64,000 nt of DNA from Caulobacteraceae bacterium (GTDB lineage Bacteria > Pseudomonadota > Alphaproteobacteria > Caulobacterales > Caulobacteraceae), in contig DASVRA010000011.1 in the NCBI GenBank assembly GCA_036388855.1, positions 38,253 to 102,252 of the forward strand, given 5' to 3'. A program made the translations under genes and the position numbers. Positions 52,489 through 62,010 of this stretch are shown here, piece after piece (within the stretch, counting starts at the first letter, position 1; each line of letters starts with the position of its first letter). Under the pieces are notes generated by a model, which was not told the DNA's origin, searched no databases, and saw nothing but the letters and a program-made list of their open reading frames with translations.

Positions 52489-53450
52489 GCGCAGTAGCCG
52501 TAGACCCACGCCCGAACATCATCGATGAGATCGGCACCGTCGACCGGTACCCCTGCTGCGGATAGTTGGAGCCCCTGCCACGCCCTGAGCGGCAATCTGG
52601 AACGCTCGAGAATCGCGCGATGGTATTGGTGCATGAGATTCCAATGTCGCTGATCAATCACTCGAAACGGGATTAGAGTGACATGAGTAATGTTACCCGT
52701 CGCGTGATCCTGAATGTAGGCGGCAGTGAACGTGTCGGCTCGGTTTGCTACGGGCTTGTCTTCCCAGTTTCGTCCGCTAGCCGTTTGCCCAAAATAAAAC
52801 ACTGTCGGTGGCGGCTGCCCGTCAAGGGTAAAGGCGATGACGTCGATGCCGCCATCCTTCTCTTTGGGTGGGGTGTAAGCGCCCGGGGGATTTCGAACCG
52901 TGAACCCTGCGCCCGCGGCTGCGGCACGGTTCAGCAGTTCGACGATGGCCTCTCCCGATTGACGAGGCCATCCAACGCTGAATGCCGGTCCACCGGCTAG
53001 ACCAGCAACACCTAGGGTAGCGACGATCTGAAATACCTTGTTCCGGAGCTCCAACAGCATTTCGTCGGTAGGAGGTTTATCCAGTATTGAGGATCCCGTA
53101 GCGTGAGCCGCCACAAGGCAGACGATGTAGAACACCAATTTGGGTTCATCCCGCCAACTCAGGTTGATGGTGACCTCGTCACCAGACTCGGATAGCTGGT
53201 AGGGGTACGTGTCTTCGAGGGTTTTCTGCCGGAATGAAACCTCAGCCTCGATGCGCTCAACGAGCTGCTCGCGCCCCTGATCCCGCCGCCCTATGTCATC
53301 TTCCGCAGTCGGTTCTAGTTCCGCCAGCGAACCTAGGAGCGCATCCAGTCTGGACACCCCGTACGGGTCGAAAAGCGCGGCGAGCTCTAGCCAGTCGACA
53401 AGGTCATCAACTTCAAGGGCAAGATTAGGCGCGTTGACTACCTGGGACAT
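52470..53450 (-). CDS. orphan 326-aa protein, possible degenerate nuclease-like core
   Basis: Full ORF with ATG, starting 8 nt after the upstream stop. The segment KDGGIDVIAF...FYFGQTASGRNW is only loosely reminiscent of Mrr-cat/PD-(D/E)xK. No family recognised. Low-GC codon usage matches the island. Confidence 0.6.
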   Translation of the reverse strand: MSQVVNAPNLALEVDDLVDWLELAALFDPYGVSRLDALLGSLAELEPTAEDDIGRRDQGREQLVERIEAEVSFRQKTLEDTYPYQLSESGDEVTINLSWRDEPKLVFYIVCLVAAHATGSSILDKPPTDEMLLELRNKVFQIVATLGVAGLAGGPAFSVGWPRQSGEAIVELLNRAAAAGAGFTVRNPPGAYTPPKEKDGGIDVIAFTLDGQPPPTVFYFGQTASGRNWEDKPVANRADTFTAAYIQDHATGNITHVTLIPFRVIDQRHWNLMHQYHRAILERSRLPLRAWQGLQLSAAGVPVDGADLIDDVRAWVYGYCAYAQAA

Positions 53451-53458
53451 TTCGCTTG

Positions 53459-54610
53459 CTATGACAGCGTAGCGCTAGCGACCGCCGAATCCACCTGGGT
53501 CTTGACGATGCCTGCTCTCTTTGCCGCCGAATCCGCGATCATTTGAAGCTCCGGCTGCGCAATAGGGTCGAAGCCTTCAAGCGTCGTCAAGGCATGTTGT
53601 AGCTCGGCATTGGCGCTGATGAGGTGGCGTTGAAAGCGAATATCTACTGGCGTAGCCGTGATGATCGCTTCATCCAGGTTGTTTCGCTCTGTTAACACGC
53701 TGATGGCCGCCGGTGAGGACAACACTTCCCGTAACCTACCAAGATCAGGGTTTTGGCTCTTAACGGCGGGCTCTAAGTCCCGATCTTTAGAGCCGTACAG
53801 CCATATCAGTAGGTTACGAAGTTCGCTAAACTTGCCTTCTGGCACCGGATCCAAACTTGGATCGGCCGATCGGTCCGCTCTTGGCATTCCGAGATAGGCC
53901 GTGAATTCCTCATAGGCCAGGCCGGTATAAAGGTGGGAGAAGCTGAAAGATTTCCGCTTTCGGTCTGAAAGATCATAGATGCGGTTCTTCTCGGCCTGAT
54001 TCAGAACATAGAGCGCAGCGACCATGCGGTGCATCGTCATGTGCTGATCGCCCATCCGACTGGCAATCTGACTAAGGTTCATGCTGGGCTGGCCAGACGC
54101 CCGTTTCCGGTTTTCATCATCTAACCAGCGCGCGGCGAAACGAGCTTTGGCGAAGGCGTCCCACGATTGAGGTCCGTTGATGTGCTTGAATCCAATTAGA
54201 TCCCGCGCGTCGTCCTCGCGTTCAACACGAAACACCAGCAGCTCATTGAGCGTTGCTGCTTTGTCTGGCTCCATCGGTGGAACCGTCGTTCGCGCCGCCC
54301 GAGCAAGTTCTGGGTCACGCAAAACCTTTACCGCTGCCAAGCGGCGGTTTCCCTCCAGGACTGCTAATCGACTATCGCGCTCGATAACAATCAATGGCTC
54401 GATATTGATATAGCCGCTAGTCGAAATGGACTGGATCAATTCGGACAAATCCGCGGACGCAGCCAACGTGGCAATGATCGCGCTGTCGGTCGATTCCGCA
54501 GGCCGTTTGTCCGGAGTAAATCGGGGATTATTCTCATCGAAATCTAGGAGTTCAACGGGAACTTTCGCGGCCTCACCGATCGGAGGCAGAAGCACGCTAC
54601 CGTCGGCCAT
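53459..54610 (-). CDS. ParB/Srx-fold N-terminal domain + HTH protein (stand-alone, no ParA)
   Basis: ParB N-domain box VLEGNRRLAAVKVL. HTH-like NLSQIASRMGDQHMTMHRMVAALYVL. GGGGA SD 6 nt before the ATG. The C-terminal ~170 aa are unassigned. Confidence 0.7.
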   Translation of the reverse strand: MADGSVLLPPIGEAAKVPVELLDFDENNPRFTPDKRPAESTDSAIIATLAASADLSELIQSISTSGYINIEPLIVIERDSRLAVLEGNRRLAAVKVLRDPELARAARTTVPPMEPDKAATLNELLVFRVEREDDARDLIGFKHINGPQSWDAFAKARFAARWLDDENRKRASGQPSMNLSQIASRMGDQHMTMHRMVAALYVLNQAEKNRIYDLSDRKRKSFSFSHLYTGLAYEEFTAYLGMPRADRSADPSLDPVPEGKFSELRNLLIWLYGSKDRDLEPAVKSQNPDLGRLREVLSSPAAISVLTERNNLDEAIITATPVDIRFQRHLISANAELQHALTTLEGFDPIAQPELQMIADSAAKRAGIVKTQVDSAVASATLS

Positions 54611-54757
54611 TTGTATCCCCTAGCTTACAGATGAAATGGCAGCTTCACACTGTCGTAGCTGTTTGAGCCTTCCGGGCAGGGAGTCAACCGCTCGGCCTGC
54701 TTGTCCACCGGCTTGCGCTTCCAGGAAGCTTCGCGGCAGTCGCACCTGGCCGCAGCG

Positions 54758-55372
54758 TCACTTCGGACCGGGCGCCCCATGCCCCGAGTGGTCATGCCCC
54801 CCGCCGTCGGCCTTCGGCGCCGCCTTCGGGTACCGCCCCGCGGCCCCCGGCACGGTGACCAGGCCGCTGATCTCGCCGGGGTTATGGGCGTCAGTGTGGA
54901 TGTTGAGGACGATCAGGCCTTCGCGCAGGGCGCTGACGAAATCCTCGAAGCTCAGGGTGGAGTTCACCAGCCTGGCGCCGGCTGCGTAGTCCATGTCGGT
55001 CGCGGTCACGTGCATGCCGCGCGCGGTGGCGTGGTAGTCCGCGCCGTAGGGCAGCGGCACGACCAGGACCGAGGCGCCGCCGGCGGGGGTGGCGTACTTG
55101 TGCAGGTGGATGGGGCCGATCGGGGCGGCGACCAGCTTGTCCCACAGGGCCTCGGTGGTGATGCCCTCGACCGTCAGGTCCACCGAGACGCGCTGGCGCT
55201 CGGTGTCGACCTTGATCTTCGCCGCGCCCGTGGCCTTCGAACCGGTGGGCGCCGAGCCGTACTTGCCGTCGAGCGCGGCGTCGAAGCTGAGGATCTCCGC
55301 CCGCAGGGGCGTGGCCGAGGCGCTGGCCGCGAGCGCGAGGATGGCGCCGAGCACCGCCTGTTGGATACGCAT
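54758..55372 (-). CDS. CHRD domain-containing secreted protein
   Basis: Signal peptide MRIQQAVLGAILALAASASA. Motifs GPIHLH...G and LNIHTDAHNPGEISG, typical of CHRD. His/Gly-rich tail. ATG 55372 lies inside ORF 54758..55879. Confidence 0.8.
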   Translation of the reverse strand: MRIQQAVLGAILALAASASATPLRAEILSFDAALDGKYGSAPTGSKATGAAKIKVDTERQRVSVDLTVEGITTEALWDKLVAAPIGPIHLHKYATPAGGASVLVVPLPYGADYHATARGMHVTATDMDYAAGARLVNSTLSFEDFVSALREGLIVLNIHTDAHNPGEISGLVTVPGAAGRYPKAAPKADGGGHDHSGHGAPGPK

Positions 55373-56052
55373 GCGTTCGTCCCCGGAGCTGTCCGAACGC
55401 GAGCGTCGCATGGGATCGGCTGCATGAAAAGCTGCGGCCGACGAGCGCCCGCCTCCCCACTCCCCAAACCCTCCGCGGCCGCCTCCGCTGCCATCCCCGC
55501 CTGCCGCTTCTGCATGAGCTCTTTGTGCCGCTCGGAGTCGCGGCGTTGGACTTCCTGCCAATAGCGGACCTTGACCGGGTCCGGATCGGGGTCGTCCCAG
55601 ACGGCCATCAGCTCGGTCGCGTAGGCCGGCTCGAGCAGGGCGCGCGAAACGATCTCCAGGTTGCTCTGGGGCCGCTTGGCCGCAATCCGGGTCAGCACGT
55701 CGGCCAGCTGGGCCAGCTGCCGGGCTTCGTCGAAGCGGCTCTGGCGCATGGCCGAGGCCACCCCCTGCAGCGCCGCGCGGGCCAGCTCGGCCGCCTCGCC
55801 GGCGTCCGGCTCCAGCCCCGCGGTCAGCGAGCCGAGCGGCGGCGGCGGCGGCGGTTCGACCCGGTCCTGCTTGGTCCATTTCTCGCGCCAGGCCCGCCGC
55901 CAGATGGCCCAGGTGGTGACGTCGTAGCGCTCGGCCAGCACCTTGGCCGGCGCCCCGGCCAGATAGCTTTCGCGGATCAGCGCCCAGGTCTCCGGCCCCC
56001 TGATCTTGTAGGCCTTGCGCGGCGGCCGGGCCTTCGTCGCACCCTCATCCAT
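55174..56052 (-). CDS. hypothetical protein with N-terminal HTH-like segment; 3' end uncertain
   Basis: The N-terminal 200 aa are protein-like (YKIRGPETWALIRESYLAGAPAKVLAERYDVTTWAIWRRAW...). The last ~65 codons are Arg/Ser/Pro-rich and overlap the CHRD gene by 199 nt. Confidence 0.5.
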   Translation of the reverse strand: MDEGATKARPPRKAYKIRGPETWALIRESYLAGAPAKVLAERYDVTTWAIWRRAWREKWTKQDRVEPPPPPPLGSLTAGLEPDAGEAAELARAALQGVASAMRQSRFDEARQLAQLADVLTRIAAKRPQSNLEIVSRALLEPAYATELMAVWDDPDPDPVKVRYWQEVQRRDSERHKELMQKRQAGMAAEAAAEGLGSGEAGARRPQLFMQPIPCDARVRTAPGTNACVSNRRCSAPSSRSRPAPRPRPCGRRSSASTPRSTASTARRPPVRRPRARRRSRSTPSASASRWT

Positions 56053-56085
56053 GCGCTGAAGGTGGCGAGCCGACCGCGCATTGTC

Positions 56086-56123
56086 AAGATAATATTCCTA
56101 GAACACCGCTTGTCAAGCGGTGT
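56086..56123 (-). terminator. putative intrinsic terminator after lepA
   Basis: Minus strand reads ACACCGCTT-GAC-AAGCGGTGT (perfect 9-bp stem) followed by TCTAGGAATATTATCTT, about 35 nt after the lepA stop. Confidence 0.5.
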
Positions 56124-56157
56124 CCAGCGCCCGTGTCCAAGCTTGTGCAGCCGACGC

Positions 56158-57963
56158 CTAATCCCCCTCCATCTTCAGCGCCGCGATGAACGCCTCCTGA
56201 GGGATCTCCACCCGGCCGAACTGGCGCATCCGCTTCTTGCCCTCCTTCTGCTTGTCCAGCAGCTTGCGCTTGCGGCTGGCGTCGCCACCGTAGCACTTGG
56301 CGGTGACGTCCTTGCGCAGGGCGCGCACGGTTTCGCGGGCGATGATCTTGCCGCCGATGGCGGCCTGGATCGGGATCTGGAACAGGTGGGGGGGGATCAG
56401 CTCCTTCATCTTCTCGACCATGCCGCGGCCGCGGGTCTCGGCGCGGGCGCGGTGGACCAGCATCGACAGGGCGTCGACCGGCTCGGCGTTGACCAGGATC
56501 GACATCTTCACCAGATCGCCCTCGCGGTAGCCCTCGATCGAGTAGTCGAAGGAGGCGTAGCCCTTGGAGATGGATTTCAGCCGGTCGTAGAAGTCGAACA
56601 CCACCTCGTTCAGCGGCAGGTCGTAGACCACCATGGCGCGGGCGCCGACGTAGGAGAGCTCGCGCTGCTCGCCGCGGCGGTCCTGGCACAGCTTGATCAC
56701 CGCGCCGAGGTAGTCGTCGGGCGTGATGATGGTGGCCTTGATCCACGGCTCCTCGATGTGGTCGATCTTCACCGGGTCGGGCAGGTCGGCGGGGTTGTGC
56801 AGCTCGATCAGGTCGCCGTTGGTCAGGGTGACGCGGTAGATCACGCTGGGGGCGGTGGCGATCAGGTCGAGGTCGAACTCGCGCGACAGGCGCTCCTGGA
56901 TGATCTCCAGGTGCAGCAGGCCAAGGAACCCGCAGCGGTAGCCGAAGCCGAGGGCGGCGGAGGTCTCCATTTCGTAGGTGAATGAAGCGTCGTTCAGGCG
57001 CAGGCGCCCGACCGCGGCGCGCAGGGCCTCGAAGTCGGCGGCGTCCACCGGGAACAGGCCGCAGAACACCACCGGCTGGGCGGGGCGGAAGCCCGGCAGG
57101 GCGGTGGCGGTGGGGCGGCGCTCGTCGGTGATGGTGTCGCCGACGGCGGCGTCGGCCACCTCCTTGATCTGGGCGGTGATGAAGCCGATCTCGCCGGGGC
57201 CCAGCGCATCGACCGCCTCGATCTTGGGGCGGAAGACGCCGACGCGGTCGATGCCGTGGACCGCGCCGGTCTGCATCATCTTGACCTTCTGGCCGGCGCG
57301 CAGGGAGCCGTCGAACACCCGCACCAGCACGATCACGCCCAGGTACGCGTCGTACCAGGCGTCAACCAGCAGCGCCTTGAGCGGCGCGCCGGGGTCGCCC
57401 TTGGGCGCGGGCAGGCGGGTGACAATGGCCTCCAGCACGTCCTCGATGCCGACGCCCGACTTGGCCGAGGCCAGGACGGCGTCGGAAGCGTCGAGCCCGA
57501 TCACGTTCTCGATCTGCTGTCGCACCCGCTCGGGCTCGGCCGCGGGCAGGTCGATCTTGTTGAGCACCGAGACAATTTCGTGATTGTTGTCGATCGCCTG
57601 ATAGACGTTGGCGAGCGTCTGCGCCTCCACCCCCTGCGACGCATCCACCACCAGGATCGACCCCTCGCACGCCGCCAGGCTCCGGCTCACCTCATACGCG
57701 AAGTCCACATGCCCCGGCGTGTCCATCAGGTTGAGCACATACGTCTCCCCATCCCGCGCCCGGTATTCCAGCCGCACCGTCTGCGCCTTGATGGTGATCC
57801 CCCGCTCCCGCTCGATCTCCATCGAGTCGAGCACCTGCTCCTTCATCTCCCTTTCGGTGAGCCCGCCCGTCACCTGAATCAGCCGATCGGACAGTGTGGA
57901 TTTGCCGTGATCGATATGCGCGACGATCGAAAAGTTACGGATTCGGTCCAGCGGCGCGGTCAT
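56158..57963 (-). CDS. lepA: elongation factor 4
   Basis: [28 protein letters not shown], and LepA-specific C-terminal domain. ATG 57963 lies inside ORF 56158..58056. Confidence 0.95.
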   Translation of the reverse strand: MTAPLDRIRNFSIVAHIDHGKSTLSDRLIQVTGGLTEREMKEQVLDSMEIERERGITIKAQTVRLEYRARDGETYVLNLMDTPGHVDFAYEVSRSLAACEGSILVVDASQGVEAQTLANVYQAIDNNHEIVSVLNKIDLPAAEPERVRQQIENVIGLDASDAVLASAKSGVGIEDVLEAIVTRLPAPKGDPGAPLKALLVDAWYDAYLGVIVLVRVFDGSLRAGQKVKMMQTGAVHGIDRVGVFRPKIEAVDALGPGEIGFITAQIKEVADAAVGDTITDERRPTATALPGFRPAQPVVFCGLFPVDAADFEALRAAVGRLRLNDASFTYEMETSAALGFGYRCGFLGLLHLEIIQERLSREFDLDLIATAPSVIYRVTLTNGDLIELHNPADLPDPVKIDHIEEPWIKATIITPDDYLGAVIKLCQDRRGEQRELSYVGARAMVVYDLPLNEVVFDFYDRLKSISKGYASFDYSIEGYREGDLVKMSILVNAEPVDALSMLVHRARAETRGRGMVEKMKELIPPHLFQIPIQAAIGGKIIARETVRALRKDVTAKCYGGDASRKRKLLDKQKEGKKRMRQFGRVEIPQEAFIAALKMEGD

Positions 57964-58113
57964 GGGGGCGGCGTCTAGCACACTCGGGTGCAGCGGCGAG
58001 GCGACAAGCCGCCGAAAGCCCATGCTTAACCCGGTCTTAAAGCGGCGGTGGCTCACTTGCGAGGGGGGACTGTCGCCGGGCTCCGCGCCCGCGCATGAGT
58101 GGAGTTTGACGCC

Positions 58114-58770
58114 ATGGACCGCCGCACCTTAATTCTCGCCGCCGCCGCGGGCGCCGGTCTGCTGGCCCGCCCGGGCTGGGCGCAGACGACGGCTGCTTCC
58201 GCCGAACTGCCGGAGGACGGCCAGCTCACGGGCGCGCCGCCGCCGCCCTCGCCCAGGATGACGGTGGAGCCGTCCTACGCCACGCCAGAGACCTTCAGCC
58301 GTGAGGAGATCAGCCGCTCGGTGTCCGATTTCATGGGCGTCACGGCCGAGGGCGCGGGCGCGGTGGTCGAACGGCTGTTCCGCGAGAACGGGCGGCCCAC
58401 CGGGTACATCGCCGGCGAGGAAGGCTCGGCCGCCTTCGCGCTCGGCCTGCGCTACGGCAAGGGCCTGCTCCACATGAAGGGGCGCGAGCCCCAGGTGGTC
58501 TACTGGCGCGGCGGCTCGATCGGCTGGGACTTCGGGGGCAACGCCAGCCGGGTGCTGACGCTGGTTTACGGCATGCACGTGCCGGAGATGCTCTACCGCC
58601 ACTTCCCGGGCGTGGAGGGCTCGGCCTACCTGATCGGCGGCATGGGGGTGAACTACCAGCGCGCCGAGGGCGTGACCCTGGCGCCGATGCGGGCGGGGGT
58701 GGGCGTGCGGCTGGGCGCCAACGTCGGCTGGTTGGCCTACAGCGCCAAGCGGAGCTTCCTGCCGGTCTAG
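58114..58770 (+). CDS. DUF1134 (EipA-like) periplasmic protein
   Basis: Tat/Sec-like signal [38 protein letters not shown] and [11 protein letters not shown] repeats are characteristic of DUF1134. Confidence 0.8.
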   Translation: MDRRTLILAAAAGAGLLARPGWAQTTAASAELPEDGQLTGAPPPPSPRMTVEPSYATPETFSREEISRSVSDFMGVTAEGAGAVVERLFRENGRPTGYIAGEEGSAAFALGLRYGKGLLHMKGREPQVVYWRGGSIGWDFGGNASRVLTLVYGMHVPEMLYRHFPGVEGSAYLIGGMGVNYQRAEGVTLAPMRAGVGVRLGANVGWLAYSAKRSFLPV

Positions 58771-59363
58771 GCGGCGCGGCCCTCGCCGGTGTTTCCGTTG
58801 GTCTGGGTCCGCACGGAGATCCAGTCCATCAGGGCGAACAGCACGCCCGACAGCACGAACACGGCGTGGAGGATGACCATCCACATGATCTGGTCGTAGT
58901 GCACCTCGACCGGCTGGCCGCCGTGCGCCTCGCCGCCCGCCTGCGCCAGCCGCATGAAAGAGCGCAGCAACGAGATCGCGCTGATGGCGACGATGGAGCC
59001 GATCAGCTTCAGCTTCATGCCGGTGAAATCGACGGTGCCCATCCACTCGGGCCGGTCCTCGTGGCCGCGGGTGTCGATCTTGGAGACGAAGTTCTCGTAG
59101 CCGGAGAAGATCACGATCAGCAGCAGGTTGCCGGCCAGCGACAGGTCGATCAGCGACAGCACCAGCATAATCGCCTCTTCCGGCTGCCGCAGGGCGGGGA
59201 CCACGCCGTGGGCGAACTCGACGCCGAACACGACCAGCAGCACGCCAAGCATCACGATCAGGCCGAGGTAGAAGGGCGCCATCAACCAGCGGGCGCCGAA
59301 CACGCCCATCTCGATCAGGTGCTCGACGGCGTTGCGCGCGCGCGGGGAGACGGGGTCGGCCAT
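58767..59363 (-). CDS. UPF0114/YqhA-family membrane protein
   Basis: RWLMAPFYLGL...LIDLSLAGNLLLIV...FSGYENFVSK pattern of the YqhA (TIGR00645) family. Confidence 0.8.
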   Translation of the reverse strand: MADPVSPRARNAVEHLIEMGVFGARWLMAPFYLGLIVMLGVLLVVFGVEFAHGVVPALRQPEEAIMLVLSLIDLSLAGNLLLIVIFSGYENFVSKIDTRGHEDRPEWMGTVDFTGMKLKLIGSIVAISAISLLRSFMRLAQAGGEAHGGQPVEVHYDQIMWMVILHAVFVLSGVLFALMDWISVRTQTNGNTGEGRAA

Positions 59364-59405
59364 GCCGCCGGGTGCGCGAGCGGTGCGGTGGAGTCAAGCA
59401 ATGAT

Positions 59406-59540
59406 CCTCCCCCGTTCCGCAGAGAACGGGGGAGGTGGCGCGGCGCACAGCGCCGTAACTGAGGGGCGCTGCGGCGGCCGAGCGCCCCCTCAGTCATCCG
59501 GGCTGCGCCCCGGCTGACAGCTCCCCCGCAAGCGGGGGAG
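59406..59540. repeat. cluster of G/C-rich hairpins downstream of pheT
   Basis: CCTCCCCCGTTC-CGCAGA-GAACGGGGGAGG (59406-59435, perfect 12 bp); CTGAGGGGCGCT-N10-AGCGCCCCCTCAG (59459-59493, one bulge); CTCCCCCGC-AA-GCGGGGGAG (59521-59540). Confidence 0.8.
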
Positions 59541-59551
59541 TATCCTGTTGG

Positions 59552-61996
59552 TTAGGCCCGCAGGCGTGCGCCCGCCTTCTCCGCGGCGGCGACGACCCTG
59601 GCCGACAGCGCCTCGATCTCCGCATCCGCCAGGGTGTGGTCACGGGGCTGTAAGGTGACCTCCAGCGCCACCGACTTCTGGCCTTCCGGCACGCCCGCGC
59701 CGGCATAGACGTCGAAGACGTGCACGCCCGCGATCAGCGCCTTGTCGACGCCGGCCACGGCGCGGGCGAGGTCGTCGGCGGGGCGGGCGGCGTCGAGCAG
59801 GAAGGCGAAGTCGCGGCGGAGCGGCATCAACGGCGAGAGCGCGAGCGCCGGGCGCGTCTTGGCGGCCTTGCGCTTGGGCGCCGGCAGCAGGTCGAGCGTC
59901 AGCTCGAAGCCGTAGAGCGGCCCGTCGAGATCGAGCACCTTGAGCACGCGCGGATGAAGCTCCCCGAATTCGGCGAGCATTGTCTTCGGCCCGAGGTGAA
60001 CTCGGGCTGAACGGCCGGGGTGGAACCAGGGGGAGGCCTGGCCCTGCACCAGTCGGAGCGAGGATGTGGGCGCGCCGAGTTCGGCGAGCAGGGCCATCAG
60101 GTCGCCCTTCAGCTCGAACAGCGGGTCGGGCCTGGCGCCGTCCCAGCGGCGGGGCGGGTGCGAAGAGAGCACGGCGGTGATCGCGGTGCGCTGGTCGTTC
60201 GGCCGGTCGCCTAGAAAGACGGGGCCGATCTCGAACAGGGCGGCGTCGGGGAAGCCGCGCTTGGCGTTGCGATCCGCCGCCTGCAGCAGGTTGGGCACAA
60301 TCGACGGGCGCATGCAGTCCAGGTCGGCGGCTATGGGGTTGGCCAGCACCAGTTCCGCCTTGCCGCCGCCGAACAATTCGGCCGTTGCTTTAGAGGTGAA
60401 GGACCACGTCACCGCCTCGCGCCAACCCCAGGCGGCGAGCGCGCGGCGGGCGGCGCGGGCGCGGGCCTGCTGGGGGGTGAGCACGCCGCCGGGACGGTAG
60501 GGCGTATCGGGCAGCGGCGTGGAGGGGATGGCCGGGTAGCCGGCGATGCGGGCGACCTCCTCGACCAGGTCGGCCTTGCCTTCAACGTCGCGCCGCCAGG
60601 AGGGGGGGCGCAGCAGCACCTCGGCGCCGTGGTGGTCCTGTTCCTCGAAGCCTAGGTTGCGCAGGATCTCGAGCGCGCCCTCGCGGCCGATGGAGAGGCC
60701 GGCGAGGCGGTGCACGTAGGCGGGGTCGAAGGCGATCGGCTCGCGCCGCTCCGGCGCCTGGCCGGCCAGCACCACGTCGGAGGGTTCGCCGCCGCAAAGG
60801 TCGAGGATCAGCCGGGTGGCGAGCTCGATGCCGGGAACGAGGCTCTCAGGATCGACACCGCGAGCGAAGCGGTACTGGGCGTCCGAGGCGATGCCGGTGG
60901 CGCGACCGGTGCGGGCGGTGCGGATCGGGTCGAACCAAGCCGACTCGATGAATACGTCCGTCGTCTCCTCCGAGCAGGCGGTGGACATGCCGCCCATCAC
61001 GCCGCCGAGGCCGATCGGGCGCTCGCCGCCGGCGTCGGCGATCACGCACATCTCCGCGCCCAGGTCGTAGGTCTTGCCGTCGAGCGCGATCAGCTGCTCG
61101 TCGTGGTGCGGCGCGGGCGAGGGTTCATCGCCGCTGGGCTCGGCCGGGGTGCGGCCGAGGCGGGCGACGATCACGTTTCCAACCAGCTTGGTGGCGTCGT
61201 AGACGTGCAGCGGGCGGGCGCGGTCGTGGGTGATCAGGTTGGTTACGTCCACGAGCGCGTTTATCGGGCGCAGTCCGATGGAGCGCAGCCTGGCCTGCAG
61301 CCACTCCGGCGAGGGGCCGTTGCGCACGCCCTGGATCAGGCGGCCGGCGAACACCGGACAGGCTTCAGGGCTCGGCAGGAGGATCTCGATCGGGCAGGGA
61401 AAGCGGCCGGGGACGGGCTCGGGCGTGCGGTCGATGCGCCGGCCGACGCCGGCGGCGGCGAGGTCGCGGGCGATGCCTTCCACGCCCAGCCAGTCGGGGC
61501 GGTTGGGGGTGACCTCGAAGTCGATCACCGGATCGGCGGCGCCCAGCGCCGGGGCCACGGGCGCGCCGACCGCCAGGTCGCCGGGCAGCTCCAGGATGCC
61601 ATCGGACTCCTCGGCGACCTCCAGTTCGGCGGCCGAGCAGAGCATCCCGTTGGAGACCACGCCCCGTACCGCGCGCGGCTCCAGCGTGATGCCCGTGCCG
61701 GGGATGTAGGTCCCGATCGGAGCGTAGACGGTGGTCAGCCCCGGGCGGGCGTTGGGGGCGCCGCAGACGATCTCCTTGCGGCCGTCCACAGTGTCCACCT
61801 GGCAGACGCGCAGGCGGTCGGCGTTGGGGTGCTGAACCGCCTCGACCACCTTGGCGACCGTGAAGGCGCGAAGCTTGGCGGAGGGGTCGATCACCTCCTC
61901 GACCTCCAGGCCGGCCATGGTCATGGCCTCGGCGATCTGATCGATCGAGCAGGAGGTCTCCAGGTGCTCCTTGAGCCAGGAGAGGGTGAACTTCAT
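59552..61996 (-). CDS. pheT: phenylalanine--tRNA ligase beta subunit
   Basis: [14 protein letters not shown] start, tRNA-binding domain, B3/4 and B5 regions, 814 aa. ATG 61996 lies inside ORF 59552..62077. Confidence 0.95.
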   Translation of the reverse strand: MKFTLSWLKEHLETSCSIDQIAEAMTMAGLEVEEVIDPSAKLRAFTVAKVVEAVQHPNADRLRVCQVDTVDGRKEIVCGAPNARPGLTTVYAPIGTYIPGTGITLEPRAVRGVVSNGMLCSAAELEVAEESDGILELPGDLAVGAPVAPALGAADPVIDFEVTPNRPDWLGVEGIARDLAAAGVGRRIDRTPEPVPGRFPCPIEILLPSPEACPVFAGRLIQGVRNGPSPEWLQARLRSIGLRPINALVDVTNLITHDRARPLHVYDATKLVGNVIVARLGRTPAEPSGDEPSPAPHHDEQLIALDGKTYDLGAEMCVIADAGGERPIGLGGVMGGMSTACSEETTDVFIESAWFDPIRTARTGRATGIASDAQYRFARGVDPESLVPGIELATRLILDLCGGEPSDVVLAGQAPERREPIAFDPAYVHRLAGLSIGREGALEILRNLGFEEQDHHGAEVLLRPPSWRRDVEGKADLVEEVARIAGYPAIPSTPLPDTPYRPGGVLTPQQARARAARRALAAWGWREAVTWSFTSKATAELFGGGKAELVLANPIAADLDCMRPSIVPNLLQAADRNAKRGFPDAALFEIGPVFLGDRPNDQRTAITAVLSSHPPRRWDGARPDPLFELKGDLMALLAELGAPTSSLRLVQGQASPWFHPGRSARVHLGPKTMLAEFGELHPRVLKVLDLDGPLYGFELTLDLLPAPKRKAAKTRPALALSPLMPLRRDFAFLLDAARPADDLARAVAGVDKALIAGVHVFDVYAGAGVPEGQKSVALEVTLQPRDHTLADAEIEALSARVVAAAEKAGARLRA

Positions 61997-62010
61997 GACC
62001 TCGTCCTTCT

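Larger units (their letters stand above)
51459..54690. other. low-GC genomic island (three genes, no recognisable mobility genes)
   Basis: Hand counts of 60-nt lines are 47-58 % G+C inside (lines 52321, 53701, 53941), against 77 % at line 50401. The boundaries are approximate, set where composition changes. Confidence 0.6.
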
